A stretch of DNA of 64,000 nucleotides, taken from assembly GCA_963575745.1 (NCBI GenBank), contig CAUYUJ010000285.1, positions 1-64,000 of the forward strand, written 5' to 3'. This document shows, piece after piece, positions 35,502 through 47,759 of this stretch. The position numbers and the translations under genes are program-made. Every line of letters begins with the position of its first letter. Within the stretch, counting starts at the first letter, position 1. The DNA comes from Prorocentrum cordatum (lineage: Eukaryota). Below the pieces are notes generated by a model that made no database searches, had not been told where the DNA came from, and saw only the letters and a program-made list of their open reading frames with translations.

Positions 35502-35664
35502 TGAAGGGGCCCTGGGACACACAAATAAATACACACAAATAACATAAACCCCCATATTTTCCTATATTTTCGTGATTTTTGCCTTCCCGCCCAATTCCCA
35601 TATTTTCCCATATTTTCGGGGGAGTCGACGATTCATTGTGTCTGTGTGTTTTTTTCCCTCCTGA
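35502..35664 (+). mobile_element. TGAAGGGG...CCCTCCTGA element, TSD ATAAG
   Basis: Exact 5-bp TSD; homologous to ~9665-10044 (GGGACACACAAATAAATACACAC). Confidence 0.75.
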
Positions 35665-36121
35665 ATAAGAAGCAGAGGCCCCCTGCCGAACCCGAGCTGC
35701 TCCTGCTCTCGGCGTCCCCCCGGGCATCCGAGGCACCAGTCGGACCATCCGCGGCCCCCAACCCAGACATGCGAAGTCCTGTTTTTTTCAGGACGGCGTC
35801 CCCGCAAGTCCCGACCCTTTCCCCGGGACCGGTTTTTCGTCCTGAGTCGTTTTTTGACGGTCCCGAGGCCCGGCGAGGACCTCTAGAGGGCGAAAATACC
35901 CAAAAACCGCCCGTCCTGATTTTTTTACGACGCCATCATGTCTGGGAAGGGGTCTCGACTCCTGCCCCAGGCGTGCTCTGGCGCCCCATGGCCCCTTTCT
36001 GGTGGCCCCCGGGGCCCAGGAATGGCCCCCGGGGGCCGACGTGGAAGATTAACGACGCGGGGAGGCGGCATCCCCCCCCCGGTGGCCGGGGGAGGGAGAG
36101 GGAGAGGCATGGCGGGGAGGA

Positions 36122-36314
36122 TCGGGGGCGGCCAAGAGGGGGGTGTCCAAGAGGGGGGGGTGCAAATCATGACCGGCGGCATGTGCGCGGCCCAGCGGGG
36201 GGGCCAGGGACGTAATGAAACAAGAAGAGGCGCCATGAAATCTGAGAAATATCATGGCCCCCGCCATGATATCCACCCCCCCCTAGTCATCGCCCCCCTC
36301 TTTGCCGCTCCCGA
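36122..36314 (+). mobile_element. TCGG...CCGA element, 5-bp TSD GAGGA
   Basis: GAGGA|TCGGGGGCGG...CCGCTCCCGA|GAGGA; same family as 2929-3122. A degraded relative lies near 40600-40742. Confidence 0.85.
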
Positions 36315-37140
36315 GAGGAGAGGGCACGGGAGGCAGGGAGGGGGGAGGGCACCGGAGGGGGAGCCCTGCGATCCGACGTCGCGAAAAAGAATGGAAACCT
36401 CGCGAGCAATCACGACCAGAGCCCTATCAGACCCCCCCCTCTCTGTGCCCTTTGTCGCGCCGGATCGCCCTGTGAGGCTCCCGTGGCCCGGAACCGGGCG
36501 ACGACGCCCGGCTCGAGCGAATGAAGTCGCCAGGACCGCAGGAGGGGAGCTTGCCGTCGCTCGGATGCCCATTTCCCGTGCATTTTTCGGCTTCGTGCGT
36601 GCTTTTTGTTGCTCGATGGTCCAGGATGGCCCTCGATGGTTCTCGCCGCGAAAAGAAATGCACACGTCCGAGCGGTGCCGGGGCAGGAGGGGAGGGAGAG
36701 GGGCGACGGGCTGGGGGAGACGCGGGGGCTTTCGCTCGGGCCCAGACCCCCTCGAGTCATGAAAACATCACGACGGAAGGTTTTTCTATATTTTCCGCCT
36801 CTGGGGGCCCTTACCGGCCCTCGGGACCGTCAAAAAACAACCCAGGATAAAAAACCGGTCCCGGCGAATAGGTCCGGACCTCTGGGGGTCGCGTCATGAA
36901 AAATCATGACGTCGGGGGTCTGGGGGCCCCAGACATCCGACGTCTCGATTTTTTCGAGACACGGGCCCCCAACCTCCCGACCACTTCCCCGGGACCGGTT
37001 TTTCATCCCGAGTCGTTTTTTAACGGTCCCGAGGCCCGGCGAGGGCCTCCAGAGGCCGGAAACGAGGAAAAACCTTTGTCTCGATTTTTTCGAGACGCCC
37101 GAGGTCTGGGGCCCGCGCGCGGCCGCGGCCCGGCCGCGGC

Positions 37141-37242
37141 CTCGGGGGCGGGGTCGTCGCCCGTGAAGTAGCCGCCGCCGGCGCGGCCGGGCGCGCTGGC
37201 CGGCGGCGCCGGCTCCGCGGCCTCGCCCCTCGCTGCGGGCGC
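37141..37242 (-). CDS. Candidate upstream exon: APAARGEAAEPAPPASAPGRAGGGYFTGDDPAPE
   Basis: 102 nt, cgcag|G acceptor, GAG|GC donor, phase 0/0, high GC3. Compatible with the 31320 exon but there is no homology support. Confidence 0.5.
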
Positions 37243-37427
37243 CTGCGGGGCAGGCCGCTGCCCCGGGCCCGACGAGGGCCCCCTGTGGGCCTCCGGCTCT
37301 GGGAGAGGCTCGACGCGCTTTGGCTGTTGCGTGCTCGCCACGCTCGCCCTCGCCGGAGCCCTCGCCATGGGGGGCCACACGCGAACCCTACCCCTACCCC
37401 CCCACGATTTCTGAGGGGTGGGCATAT

Positions 37428-37584
37428 AGGGGGCCACATGCGAACCCTACCCCTACCCCCCCACGATTTCTGAGGGGTGGGGTGGGGTTCACTTCTTCGC
37501 TCGGGAGCTCCCGAGCGAAGTGAACCCCACCCTCCCCCTCAGAAATCGTGGGGGGGTAGGGGTAGGGTTCGCATGTGGCCCCCT
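37428..37584. repeat. ~157-bp loopless palindrome with an extra tandem copy of the left arm (37369-37422)
   Basis: Centre CTTCGCTCGGGAGCTCCCGAGCGAAG; arms GGGGGCCACATGCGAACCCTACCCCTACC and its reverse complement. Confidence 0.9.
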
Positions 37585-38896
37585 CCTCCTCCCTCCTCCC
37601 TCCTCTTCCCTCCCCAGACATCCGACGTCTCGATTTTTTCGAGACACGGGCCCCCAACCTCCCGACCACTTCCCCGGGACCCATTTTTCATCCCGAGTCG
37701 TTTTTTGACGGTCCCGAGGCCCGGCGAGGGCTTCCAGAGGCCGAAAACGACGAAAAACCTTTGTCTCTATTTTTTCGAGACGCCCGAGGTCTGGGTCCTC
37801 CTCCTCCTCCTCCTCCTCCTCCTCCTCCTCCTCCTCCTCCTCTCGAGGAGCGGCTCGGGCCGGAGAGCCGGCCCCGGGGCCCCGCGGTGGGGAGGTCGAG
37901 GCAGCGGACGCCTGGGGCCAGAGCCCCGGGCCCTGCGAGGGCCCCCAAAGAGGCCGCGGCCCCGAGGGTCGGGCCTTCCCAGATCCAGACCCCCTCGAGT
38001 CATGAAACATCACGACGGGAGGTTTTTCTATATTTTCCGCCTCTGGGGGCCCTTATACCGGCCCTCGGGACCGTCAAAAAACAGCTCAGGACGAAAAACC
38101 GGTCCCGGGGGATGGGTCCGGACCTCTGGGGGTCGCGTCATGAAAAAATCATGACGTCGGGGGTCTGGGGAGGCGTCCCTGGCCCAAGTTGAGTCCCCAG
38201 GACGTCTGGGGGGGGCCCAGGCGGTCTCCAGAGCACGCCATCTCGCGAGGCCCGCGGGTGCTCCGAGATGGAGCGACAAGCTGGGGACAGCCCCGTCCAC
38301 CCTGCCGCTCGCGCTTCGGAGGGTGGAGAGCCGACGGATCCCCCCTCCTTCTGGCGCCGGCAAACGACGACCGCGGCGACGACGACGACGACGGCGACGA
38401 CGACGACCACGACGGCGGCGACGACGGCGACGAGGAACGACGACCACGACGGCGACGACGGTGAAGACGGCGGTGGCGGTGACGACGACGACGACAACGG
38501 CGACGACCACGAGAATGAGGACGAACGACAGACGACAGAAGACGACGACGACGATCACAACGACCACGACGATGACGACGACGATGACGACGACCACGAC
38601 GACGACGACAACGACCATGAACACGACCACGACGACGACAACGACGACGACGAAGACGGAACGGCCTGGAGGGTTCGCCGGGCAAGGCGGACGGGCCGAC
38701 AATACACGAACGGTACACGGACGACGGACGACGAACGACGACGACGACAACGACGACGGCGGCGACGCCGACAACGACGACGACGATCATTTTAAGACTG
38801 CTTGTTATTTCTGGCACGCGTGTTTTGCAATTCTGTATACCACAACCCTCGATACCCGCCCACTTCATCTTCGATCGCACCACCGTTCGGGGGGAA

Positions 38897-39081
38897 TACT
38901 CCAGATTTCGTAATAAAAGGGAGGGGGTCTGGACCCTCCCAGACGAGCCATTTCAGACCCCCCCCCGTGGGAGAACCCTCCAAAACGTCGTCCCCAGACC
39001 CCCCCAGGCCCTCCGAGATGGCCTGGAAGAGACCCCCCCCGAAATGAGACCCCCCTCCCTTTTATTACGAAATCTGGAGTA
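38897..39081. mobile_element. TA-flanked mariner/Stowaway-like MITE
   Basis: 29-bp perfect TIR CTCCAGATTTCGTAATAAAAGGGAGGGGG with TA on both sides. Confidence 0.88.
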
Positions 39082-39154
39082 TCCGCCCACTTCATCTTCG
39101 ATCGCACCACCGTTCGGGGGGAATCTCTTCCGTGTCGGCCACTGACTGAAGTGC

Positions 39155-39720
39155 GCACTCTCGAGCGAGAGCGCCGCTCCTGAGTGGGCCTCTCTGGCCA
39201 GGCCAGGGGCTCTCGGAATACAGATTGAGAAATATCGAGCGGGAGCCCGTGTCGCCGAGTCTGGGCCTGCCTCTCTGGCCAGGCCAGGGGCTTTCGGAAT
39301 ACATATTGAGAAACATCGAGCGGGAGCCCGTGTCGCCGAGTCTGGGCCTCCACCAACTTGCCTGAGTTACGAGAAAATCTCGAGCGAGAGCGCCACTCTT
39401 GAGTTCGGGGGCCTCTCTGGCAAGGGCCTCCGCGAGTGCATCTTGAGGAAGTATCGAACGGTAGCGAACGGGAGCCCTTGTCGTCGAAGTTGGGCCTCCA
39501 CCAATTTGACTGAATCATGAGAAAGTCTCGAGCGAGAGCGCCGTTCCTGAGTTCGGGGGCCTTCCTTGCCAGGGGCTCTCGAAGTAAATCGTGAGGAAGC
39601 ATCAAGCAGGAGCCCTTGTCGTCGTGGCTGGGGCCAACTCGCTTGAATTGCGAGGAAGCCTCGAGCGAGAGCGCCGTTCCTGAGTTCGGAGGCCTCTCTG
39701 GCCAGGGTGGTTCGGGGTTA
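39155..39720 (+). repeat. ~120-bp degenerate tandem repeat
   Basis: CTCGAGCGAGAGCGCC recurs at ~39160, 39379, 39527, 39660. Confidence 0.8.
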
Positions 39721-39743
39721 AATTGTGAGGAGATGTCGATAGC

Positions 39744-39973
39744 TTGGACGCCCGAGTTATCCGGGGTAACTCGGGTCCGGGGTAACTCGGGTTTGGATTC
39801 CCGGAAAAGGAACCCGAGTTAGCCCTGACCCGAGTTATCCCTGATGATTCGGGGCGCTGGACGCCCGAGTTATCCGGGGTAACTCGGGTCCGGGGTAACT
39901 CGGGTTTGGATTCCCGAAAAACGAACCCGAGTTATCCCTGACCCGAGTTATCCCTGATGATTCGGGGCGCTGA
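39744..39973. mobile_element. Head-to-tail dimer of a 113-bp element inside one 5-bp TSD (ATAGC)
   Basis: Near-identical units at 39745-39857 and 39858-39970; internal CCCGAGTTA/TAACTCGGG inverted motifs. Confidence 0.8.
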
Positions 39974-40227
39974 ATAGCCGTGCCTCCGAGGGCCCCTCTT
40001 TACACTCAAGCCAACGCTCGAGCGGGGACCTCGTTTTCAGAGAGACTGTCGCCGGCGTCGAGGCGAGAGCGCCCGGAACCGCTTCCGGAGATTTGACGGT
40101 CATAATTCTCTAGAGAGGAGCATTCCACGAGACTGCGGACGAACGACGGACGACGACGAAGACGACGACGACGATCACAACGACCACGACGATGACGACG
40201 ACGACGACGACGACGACACCGACGACC

Positions 40228-40264
<37 letters not shown>

Positions 40265-41444
40265 GACGGCCTGGAGGGTTCGCCGGGCAGGGTGGACGGG
40301 CCGAGAGGGTGCCGAATCGGCCGGGAGGCGGGCGGGCCACGGAGAGGCCGCGGGGACGGGCGTCCAAGCGGGGGGCGTCGGACACGGGGGTTTCCACTAG
40401 GGCTCCCAACTTCGCGCTTCGCGCTGCGCGAAGCGCGAAGCGCGAATAACTTCGCGCTCTCGCGCCGCCCCCCCAAAGGGAGAATAGGAGGACGAGGAGG
40501 AGGGGGAGAAGGAACGAGGACCGCGAAGCGCGAAGCGCGAATAACTTCGCGCCCTCGAGGGAGCCCTTGGTTTCCAGGGTCCGCGGGGGTGGCCCAAGGC
40601 GCGTGCGCGGCCAAAGGGGGGGTGGGGCGGTTCAATAGACGTATGGGCAAAAGAAGAGGGGGCCGTGAGATCTGGGTGATATCGTGTCCCCGCCATGGTA
40701 TCCATCCCCCCTGGACATCGCCTCCCGGATCGCCGCCCCCGAAACGGGGGACGAGGCAGAGAAAACACTTTTCGCGGATTCGAGGTAACCATTATGGGGG
40801 ACGACCCACCCGCTCACATCAGGATTCGCGCTGGCGCTTTCAGGGAATGGCCCCTCCTCCCCCCCGTGATATCCGACAGTCCGATGTTCCCCGAAACTGC
40901 TTCTCTGTAGAAGGGCTTCCTCTCAGAAGCGGGAAGGTGCGCTGCAAAACTCGCAGTCGGGCCCGCGACGTTGTCTCCCGTTGTCTCTGATTGACTCCCG
41001 TTGTCTCACACCCACACCCTAGTCACATCACGATTCGCGCTGGGAGCCGTCTGAGAATGCCCCATCTTCCTCACGGAACATCCGCCGAGGATATCCGGGG
41101 GATATTCCGAGGGGTGCTGCAAACGTCACCGTGCAGACCTGTCTCGGCGTGCGCTCTGGCCAAGGCTTCGGAAGGAGTCCTAGCCGGCCGCTCTGCGGTT
41201 GATCGGGAGTTTCTGTATATAGAAGAAGGTGCGTGCGCTTGTTGGCGAGGGTGATGAGGTTCCTCCTCCTCCTCCTCCTCCTCCTCCTCCTCCATCCTTC
41301 TTCTGCTCGTCTGTCCTCCTCCACCCCGCAGCTCCATCATCTTCTCCTCCTCCTTCCCTCCTCCTCCTCCTCCTCCTCCTCCTCCTCCTCCTCCTCCTCT
41401 CTCCTCCTCCTCCTCATTCCTCCTCTGGGCCCTCCACCGGGGCG

Positions 41445-42564
41445 CGGATCCACAGGATCTGTCCGGATCTGTCCGGAAACGGTGCGGATGCCGCTCTGGG
41501 TCCTCTGGCACCTCCCCCGGGGCCGGTTTTGTGAGGATCTCAAGGCGCGGTCGTCCGGATCCAGCGGCTCCGCGGTGCGGAGGCCGCTCTGGGCTCCTCT
41601 GGGCACCTCCCCCGGGGCCGGTTTTGTGAGGATGTCTCAAGCGAGGGCGCCGGTTTGGGATTCGTCACCGGATCCAGCGGATCCAGCGGATCCACCGGAT
41701 CTGTCCGGAAACGGTGCCGGAGGCCGCTCTGGGCTCCTCTGGGCACCTCCCCCGGGGCCGGTTTTGTGAGGATGTCTCAAGCGAGGGCGCCGGTTTGGGA
41801 TTCGTCACCGGATCCAGCGGATCCAGCGGATCCAGCGGATCTGTCCGGAAACGGTGCCGGAGGCCGCTCTGGGCTCCTCTGGGCACCTCCCCCGGGGCCG
41901 GTTTTGTGAGGATGTCTCAAGCGAGGGCGCCGGTTTGGGATTCGTCACCGGATCCAGCGGATCCAGCGGATCCACCGGATCTGTCCGGAAACGGTGCCGG
42001 AGGCCGCTCTGGGCTCCTCTGGGCACCTCCCCCGGGGCCGGTTTTGTGAGGATGTCTCAAGCGAGGGCGCCGGTTTGGGATTCGTCATCCGGATCCAGCG
42101 GATCCACCGGATCTGTCCGGAAACGGTGCCGGAGGCCGCTCTGGGCTCCTCTGGGCACCTCCCCCGGGGCCGGTTTTGTGAGGATGTCTCAAGCGAGGGC
42201 GCCGGTTTGGGATTCGTCACCGGATCCAGCGGATCCAGCGGATCCACCGGATCTGTCCGGAAACGGTGCCGGAGGCCGCTCTGGGCTCCTCTGGGCACCT
42301 CCCCCGGGGCCGGTTTTGTGAGGATGTCTCAAGCGAGGGCGCCGGTTTGGGATTCGTCACCGGATCCAGCGGATCCAGCGGATCCACCGGATCTGTCCGG
42401 AAACGGTGCCGGAGGCCGCTCTGGGCTCCTCTGGGCACCTCCCCCGGGGCCGGTTTTGTGAGGATGTCTCAAGCGAGGGCGCCGGTTTGGGATTCGTCAC
42501 CGGATCCAGCGGATCCAGCGGATCCACCGGATCTGTCCGGAAACGGTGCCGGAGGCCGCTCTGG
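41445..42564 (+). repeat. 140-bp tandem satellite, 7 near-identical units plus a degenerate first unit
   Basis: GGAGGCCGCT starts at 41579, 41719, 41859, 41999, 42131, 42271, 42411, 42551; internal CGGATCCAG 9-mers. Confidence 0.95.
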
Positions 42565-43488
42565 ACTCGTGCTCTTCGCGCCGGGGGTGAGGATGACGTG
42601 AGTTCCACAGAAACTCCCTCAAACTACCGTGGCGACGACAACGCCCCAGCAAGGCCCCAATCGAGAACAACGTGTGAATCCGAACCTCGAGGAAGGGGGC
42701 GACGAGGAAGAGGAGGAGGAGGAGGAAAAGGGCCAACGTAAACCCAAGACGCATATATGGTGTTGCAATCCACGCTCCAAGTTCCCTCTTCATGTGCTGG
42801 TATAAGAAAGTCTGTTCATAGCTGCCAGTGCCTGATTGGAAGACAATCGCCTGAGGATCCCCAGTCGTGCCGAGAAGACAGTCCTAGGACTGCAACGCCA
42901 CGGATTAACGCGACTGGTGCGTCCTGACAATCTGAAACCGTGCTGCGAAAACCATTCCTAGGACGCCGACACCGCGAATCAACACAAATGCTGCGTCCTA
43001 GCAATCCTACAGCGTGTCAGAATGCTAGTCTTGTGACTTCAACCATACGAATCCTTGAGACTGCTACGAACGTTTACAGAGGAGTGCGCGCGGCGCTCAA
43101 TCGAGAACCACTGTTTGACAAAAAAACACCCTCCATCCTTGAAGCTGCTGCGCATTTTGAACAAGAATACAAACGGCACTAAAACGAGAATCGTATGTTG
43201 AAACCTGGCCGTCCTCCATTATTGAAGCTGTTGCGAACTATTAGGGCGAATATGTCCGGCGCTAAGGCGAGAGCCAGACTTTGAACACGCCCCGCCTTCC
43301 AGCCGCGAGACCGTGGCAAACTTTTGAGACGAGCATGCGCGCGCTAGAGCGAGGGCCACATCTTGAAAACCACCCGACCTCCATCCTTGAAGCTGCTGTA
43401 AACGCCCGGCCCGCCCTATCGACACATCGGGGGGTGCGACATGGAGGAGTTCTTCTCTTGCACGGGGTGTCTAGAGCTCCGACCACTG

Positions 43489-43657
43489 TACACCCTGCGA
43501 AATGCTTAAGAAATCATGGGTTAAGAAATTCATCGTCTCAGATCTGGAATAAAATCCCAACGTTTCTATCAACATCTTAGGAATTAAATTGAAACAGTAA
43601 GAATAATCGAGACTCTGGCCGAAAACTTAAGTTTTCTTAAGCATCGCCTAAGGTGCA
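43489..43657 (+). mobile_element. MITE family A, copy 3
   Basis: Same core; the right TA reads CA. Confidence 0.85.
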
Positions 43658-43659
43658 TT

Positions 43660-46600
43660 CCACGTCGCACCGCCCGCCCTCCTGCCCCGCCCCCCTCCTG
43701 CCCCTCCCCAGCTTTCCCCGGTGGCCCCATGGAACCTTCGCCCAGTGCCCCGTCCGCACCGACCATCTTATTCAGCGTCGCACCGCGCCCGCCCTCCCTC
43801 CGCGGCCCCCCCCCCCGCCCCTCCCCAGCATCCCCCGTCCGCCCCGCCCCCCTCCTACCCCTCCCCAGCGTTCCCCAGTGGTGCTTTCGCCCACTGCCCC
43901 CTCCGCCTCGACAGTTTCATTCAACGTCGCACAGCGCCCGCCCTCCTACCACGACCCTATCCCACCCCTCCCCAGCCCCGCCGCTGCCCGCTCCCCTCCC
44001 GGCCCTCCCCAGCGCGCCCCAAAAGGCCCAATGGAACCTCCGCCCAGTGCCCCCTCCACCCCGACGACTTTATTCCGCGTCGGACCGCGCCCGCCCACGT
44101 GCCCCCTCCCCGCCCCGACTATTTTACTCCGCGTCGCACTGCGCCCGCCACCCCCCCCCCGCTCCCCCAGCTACCCCCCTGCCCGCCCCGCCCCCCTCAG
44201 ATTCCTCCCCAGCGCTCCAGGGGCCCAGTGGAACCTCAGCCCAATGCCCGCACCGCCCCGCCCGTTTCATGCCGCGTCGCTTCGCGCCCGCCCCCCCCCC
44301 CCCCTCCCCGTCCCCCCCCACCCCTCCCCAGCCCCGCCCCTGCCCGCCCCCCTCACATCCCCCCCTCCGCCAGCGTGCCCCCGCGGCCCAGTGGAACTTC
44401 CGCCCACATAACGCCCCCTCCGCCCCGACGGACTTTATTCAGTGTCGCACCGCGCCCGCCCTCCCTCTCCCCGCCCCCTCCCGCCCTCCCCAACCCCAGC
44501 GGTCCAGTGGAACCTCCGCCCAATCCCCCCTGCGCACAGGCCATTTGAATCAGCGCTGCGCCGCGCCCCCCTTCCCGCTTTCCCCCGCGTTACCCAGAGG
44601 CCCAGTGGAACCTCCGCCCAATGCCCCCTCCGCCTCGACGATTTCAATCCGCGTCGCACCGCGCCCCCTTCTTCCTCCCCCAGCGCTCCCCAGAGGAGCA
44701 CTGTAACTTGAGCCCTGTGCCCTCCTCGCCCCGACCATTGTATTCCGCGTCGCACTGCGCCCCCTCCTCCTACCTAGCGTTCCCCAGAAGCACAGGGGAA
44801 CCTCCGCCCACTGCCCCCTCCGCCCCGACAATCTTATCCCGCGTCGCGCCGCGCGCCCCCCCTGCCCGCCCTTCTCCCGGCCCTCCCAACCCTTCCAAAC
44901 CCTCCCCACCGTGCCCCAACGGCACAATGGAACCTCCGCCCAACGCTCCTTCCGCACACCACCACCGCCCGCAACAGTAAATTACCACAAAAAGGGTTCG
45001 GGGCAGGGTCATGCCAGACGACGCTGCGACGCCACGGCGAAAAGGAGCGCGGCGCAGCTCGCAGGCTCCGCGGCATGGGGGATTCCTGGAGCAGAAACAG
45101 CACTTCTTGGTGGTGGTGTATAAAAATCGCTCCTCTTGGTAACCAAATCTGTATACACCACCGCCGAGCGTGCTTTGATGAATCCTGTTTCGGTCCTTGA
45201 GAGAGAGGCGGCAGCCCGTTTGCCGTTGGCGGCGGGAGGTGGGCAGCGAGCTTCTCACCAGAGCTGCACCAAATCGCATCGTAGATTATCCTCGATCTTG
45301 GTGGTGGTAGTCATATACTGTGCTCGGCCTCCTCCTCCCCCCAGCGTTCCCAGGAAGCCCAGTGGAACCTGCGCCCAGTGCCCCCTCCGCCTCGGCAACT
45401 CGATTCTGCGTCGCACCGCGCCCCCCCCCTGCCCGCCCCCCCCCCCGCACCCCCCCAGCGTGCCGCAACGGCCCAATGAAACCTCCGCCCACCTACCCTT
45501 CCCCAATGGCCCGGTGGAACCTTCGCCCACGTGCCCCCTCCGCCCCGACTTTATTCCGCGTCGCACCGCGCCCGCGCCCCCTCCCCGCCCACATCCCGCA
45601 CCTTCCCAGCCCCAGCGGCCCAGTGGAACCTCTGACCACTGCCACCCCGACCACTCGCCCAATGCCCCCTCCGCCCCGGCCATTTTATTCAGCGTCGCAC
45701 CGCGCGCCCCCCCATCCCCCCCCCGCCCCCTTCTCAACCCTCCCCAGCGTGCCCCAACGGCCAAGTGGAACGTGTCCCTAATGCCCCTCCGCCCCGACCA
45801 CTTTCTTCCGCGTCGCACGGCACTCGCCCCCTCTCCCCGCCGCCCTCCCACCCATCCCAAGCCCCAACGGTCCAGGGGCACCTCCACCCAATGCCCCCTC
45901 CGCCCCGACTATTTTATTCCGCGTCGCACCGCGCCCGCCCTCCTCCTCTCCCCAGCGTTCCCCACAAGCCCAGTGGAACCTCCGCCCAGCACCCCCTCCG
46001 CTCCAACAATATTGCACCGCGTCGCACCGCGCGCCCCCCCTCCCCGCCTCCCGCCCAACCCTCCCCAACCCCAGCGGTCCAGAGGAACCTCCGCCCAATG
46101 CCCCCTCCGCCCCGACCATTTTATTCCGCGACCCCGCCACCCCCTCCCGGGCGTTTCCCAGCAACCCTCCGCCCCGACCATTGAATCCCGCGTCGCATCG
46201 CCCCCCCCCCTCCCAAGCGCTCCTCAGTCCTAGTGGAACCCCCGGCCAATACCCCCTTCGCTTCGAGCAATGTTATTTCGCGTCGCGTCGCGCCCCCCCT
46301 CCCTCCCCAGCGTACCCATGTGTCCGAGTGGAACCCCCGCCCAAGTGCCCCTCCGCCCCGACCACCATATTCCGCGTCGCGTCGCACCCCCCTCCTCGCC
46401 CCCGCCGCCCCAGCCCAAGCGTCCCCCAGCGGCCAAATGCCCCCTCCGCCCCGACCATTTGATTCAGCGTCGCGTCGCACCCCCCTCCCCAGCATCCCCC
46501 CGCGTCCCAGTGGAACCCGCGTCCAATGCTTCCCCGCCCCTCCGCCCCGACCGCCCCCACCGTCCCGCTCCCCGACCCTTCTCCGATTTCTCGTCCCCTC
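43660..46600 (+). repeat. C-rich degenerate minisatellite (CCCAGTGGAACCTCCGCCCAATGCCCCCTCCGCCCCGACC..TTATTCCGCGTCGC); related block at 18350-19100
   Basis: Many degenerate units. Both blocks are followed by CTTTTG(T/C)GCAAGAGCCATGGCA..CGTGCCAC (~19105 and ~47223). Confidence 0.85.
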
Positions 46601-46975
46601 TCTCCACCCTCCTCCTCCTCCTCCTCCTCCTCCTCCTCCTCCTCCTCCTCCATCCTCCTCCTCCTCCTCCTCCTCCTCCACCTCCTCCTCCTCCTCCTCC
46701 TCCTCCTCATCCTCCTCCTCCTCCTCCTCCTCAACCTCCTCCTCCTCTTCCTCCTCCTCCTCCTCCTCCTCCTCCTCCTCCTCCCTCCAGCTCCAGCACC
46801 AGCACCGAGCACCAAGCCCAGCCACCCACCCGAACCGCACCGCACCGCACCTGCACCACCCGCACCAGCAGCACCAGCACAGCACCAGCACCAGCACCAG
46901 CACCAGCACCAGCACCAGCACCACCACCAGCACCAGCACCAGCACACCAGCCACCAGCACAGCTCCACATCATCC

Positions 46976-47011
<36 letters not shown>

Positions 47012-47132
47012 ATCATCATCATCATCATCATCATTCATCATCATCATCAATCATCATCATCTTCATCATCATCATCACATCAGCATCAGCAGCATCATCA
47101 TCATCAGCATCATCATCATCATCATCATCATC

Positions 47133-47215
<83 letters not shown>

Positions 47216-47759
47216 CGCCGTCCCTTTTGCGCAAGAGCCATGGCAGGCGTGCCACTTGTTCATCCGCCGACCCCCGCTTGCCAGGGGTGAAAAGGCGTGT
47301 GAGATGACTGGACGTTCGCCCTCCCCTCTCCCCCTTCCCTGGGGCTGAAAATACGAGCCTCCTGAGGAGGAGGAGGAGGAGGAGGAGGAGGAGGAGGAGG
47401 AGGAGGAGGAGGGAGGAGGGAGGAGGGAGGAGGGAGGAGGGAGGAGGGAGGAGGGAGGAGGAGGATGGAGGTGGAGGGAGGAGGAGGAGGAGGAGGAGGA
47501 GGCGGAGGAGGAGGAGGAGGGGGGAAAGGTCTACGAGCTCCCCAGCACGTCTCCCGGAGCCAGAACGCCCGAGGACGGGCCCCAAAGCGCCCCAGGGCCG
47601 TGCAAGCGAGCGTCGAGTGGGGCCCAGGGCAGCCCCTCCACGGTCCAAGATGGCTTCCAGACGGTTCCCGAGGCGATGAGGACATCCCAAGAAGGCTCCC
47701 AGAGGACCGCCGAGAAGGCTCCAGAAAGGCAAACATCGTCCCATTCCCTCGAGAAGACG

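Larger units (their letters stand above)
32482..38169 (+). mobile_element. Cluster of CCCAGAC...GTCTGGG ~184-bp MITEs with 2-bp TSDs (CACTA/EnSpm-like): 32482-32665, 34937-35119, 35762-35946, 36928-37110, 37613-37795; sister family 36741-36924, 37984-38169
   Basis: TSDs are TC, TT/CT (mismatch), AA, GC, TC, GG and GA. CCC termini with 2-bp TSDs are typical of non-plant EnSpm/CMC elements. Confidence 0.85.

Noticed and set aside
41445..42564. CRISPR-like array
   Set aside because: Whole units are near-identical with no unique spacers, there are no cas genes, and the context is eukaryotic.
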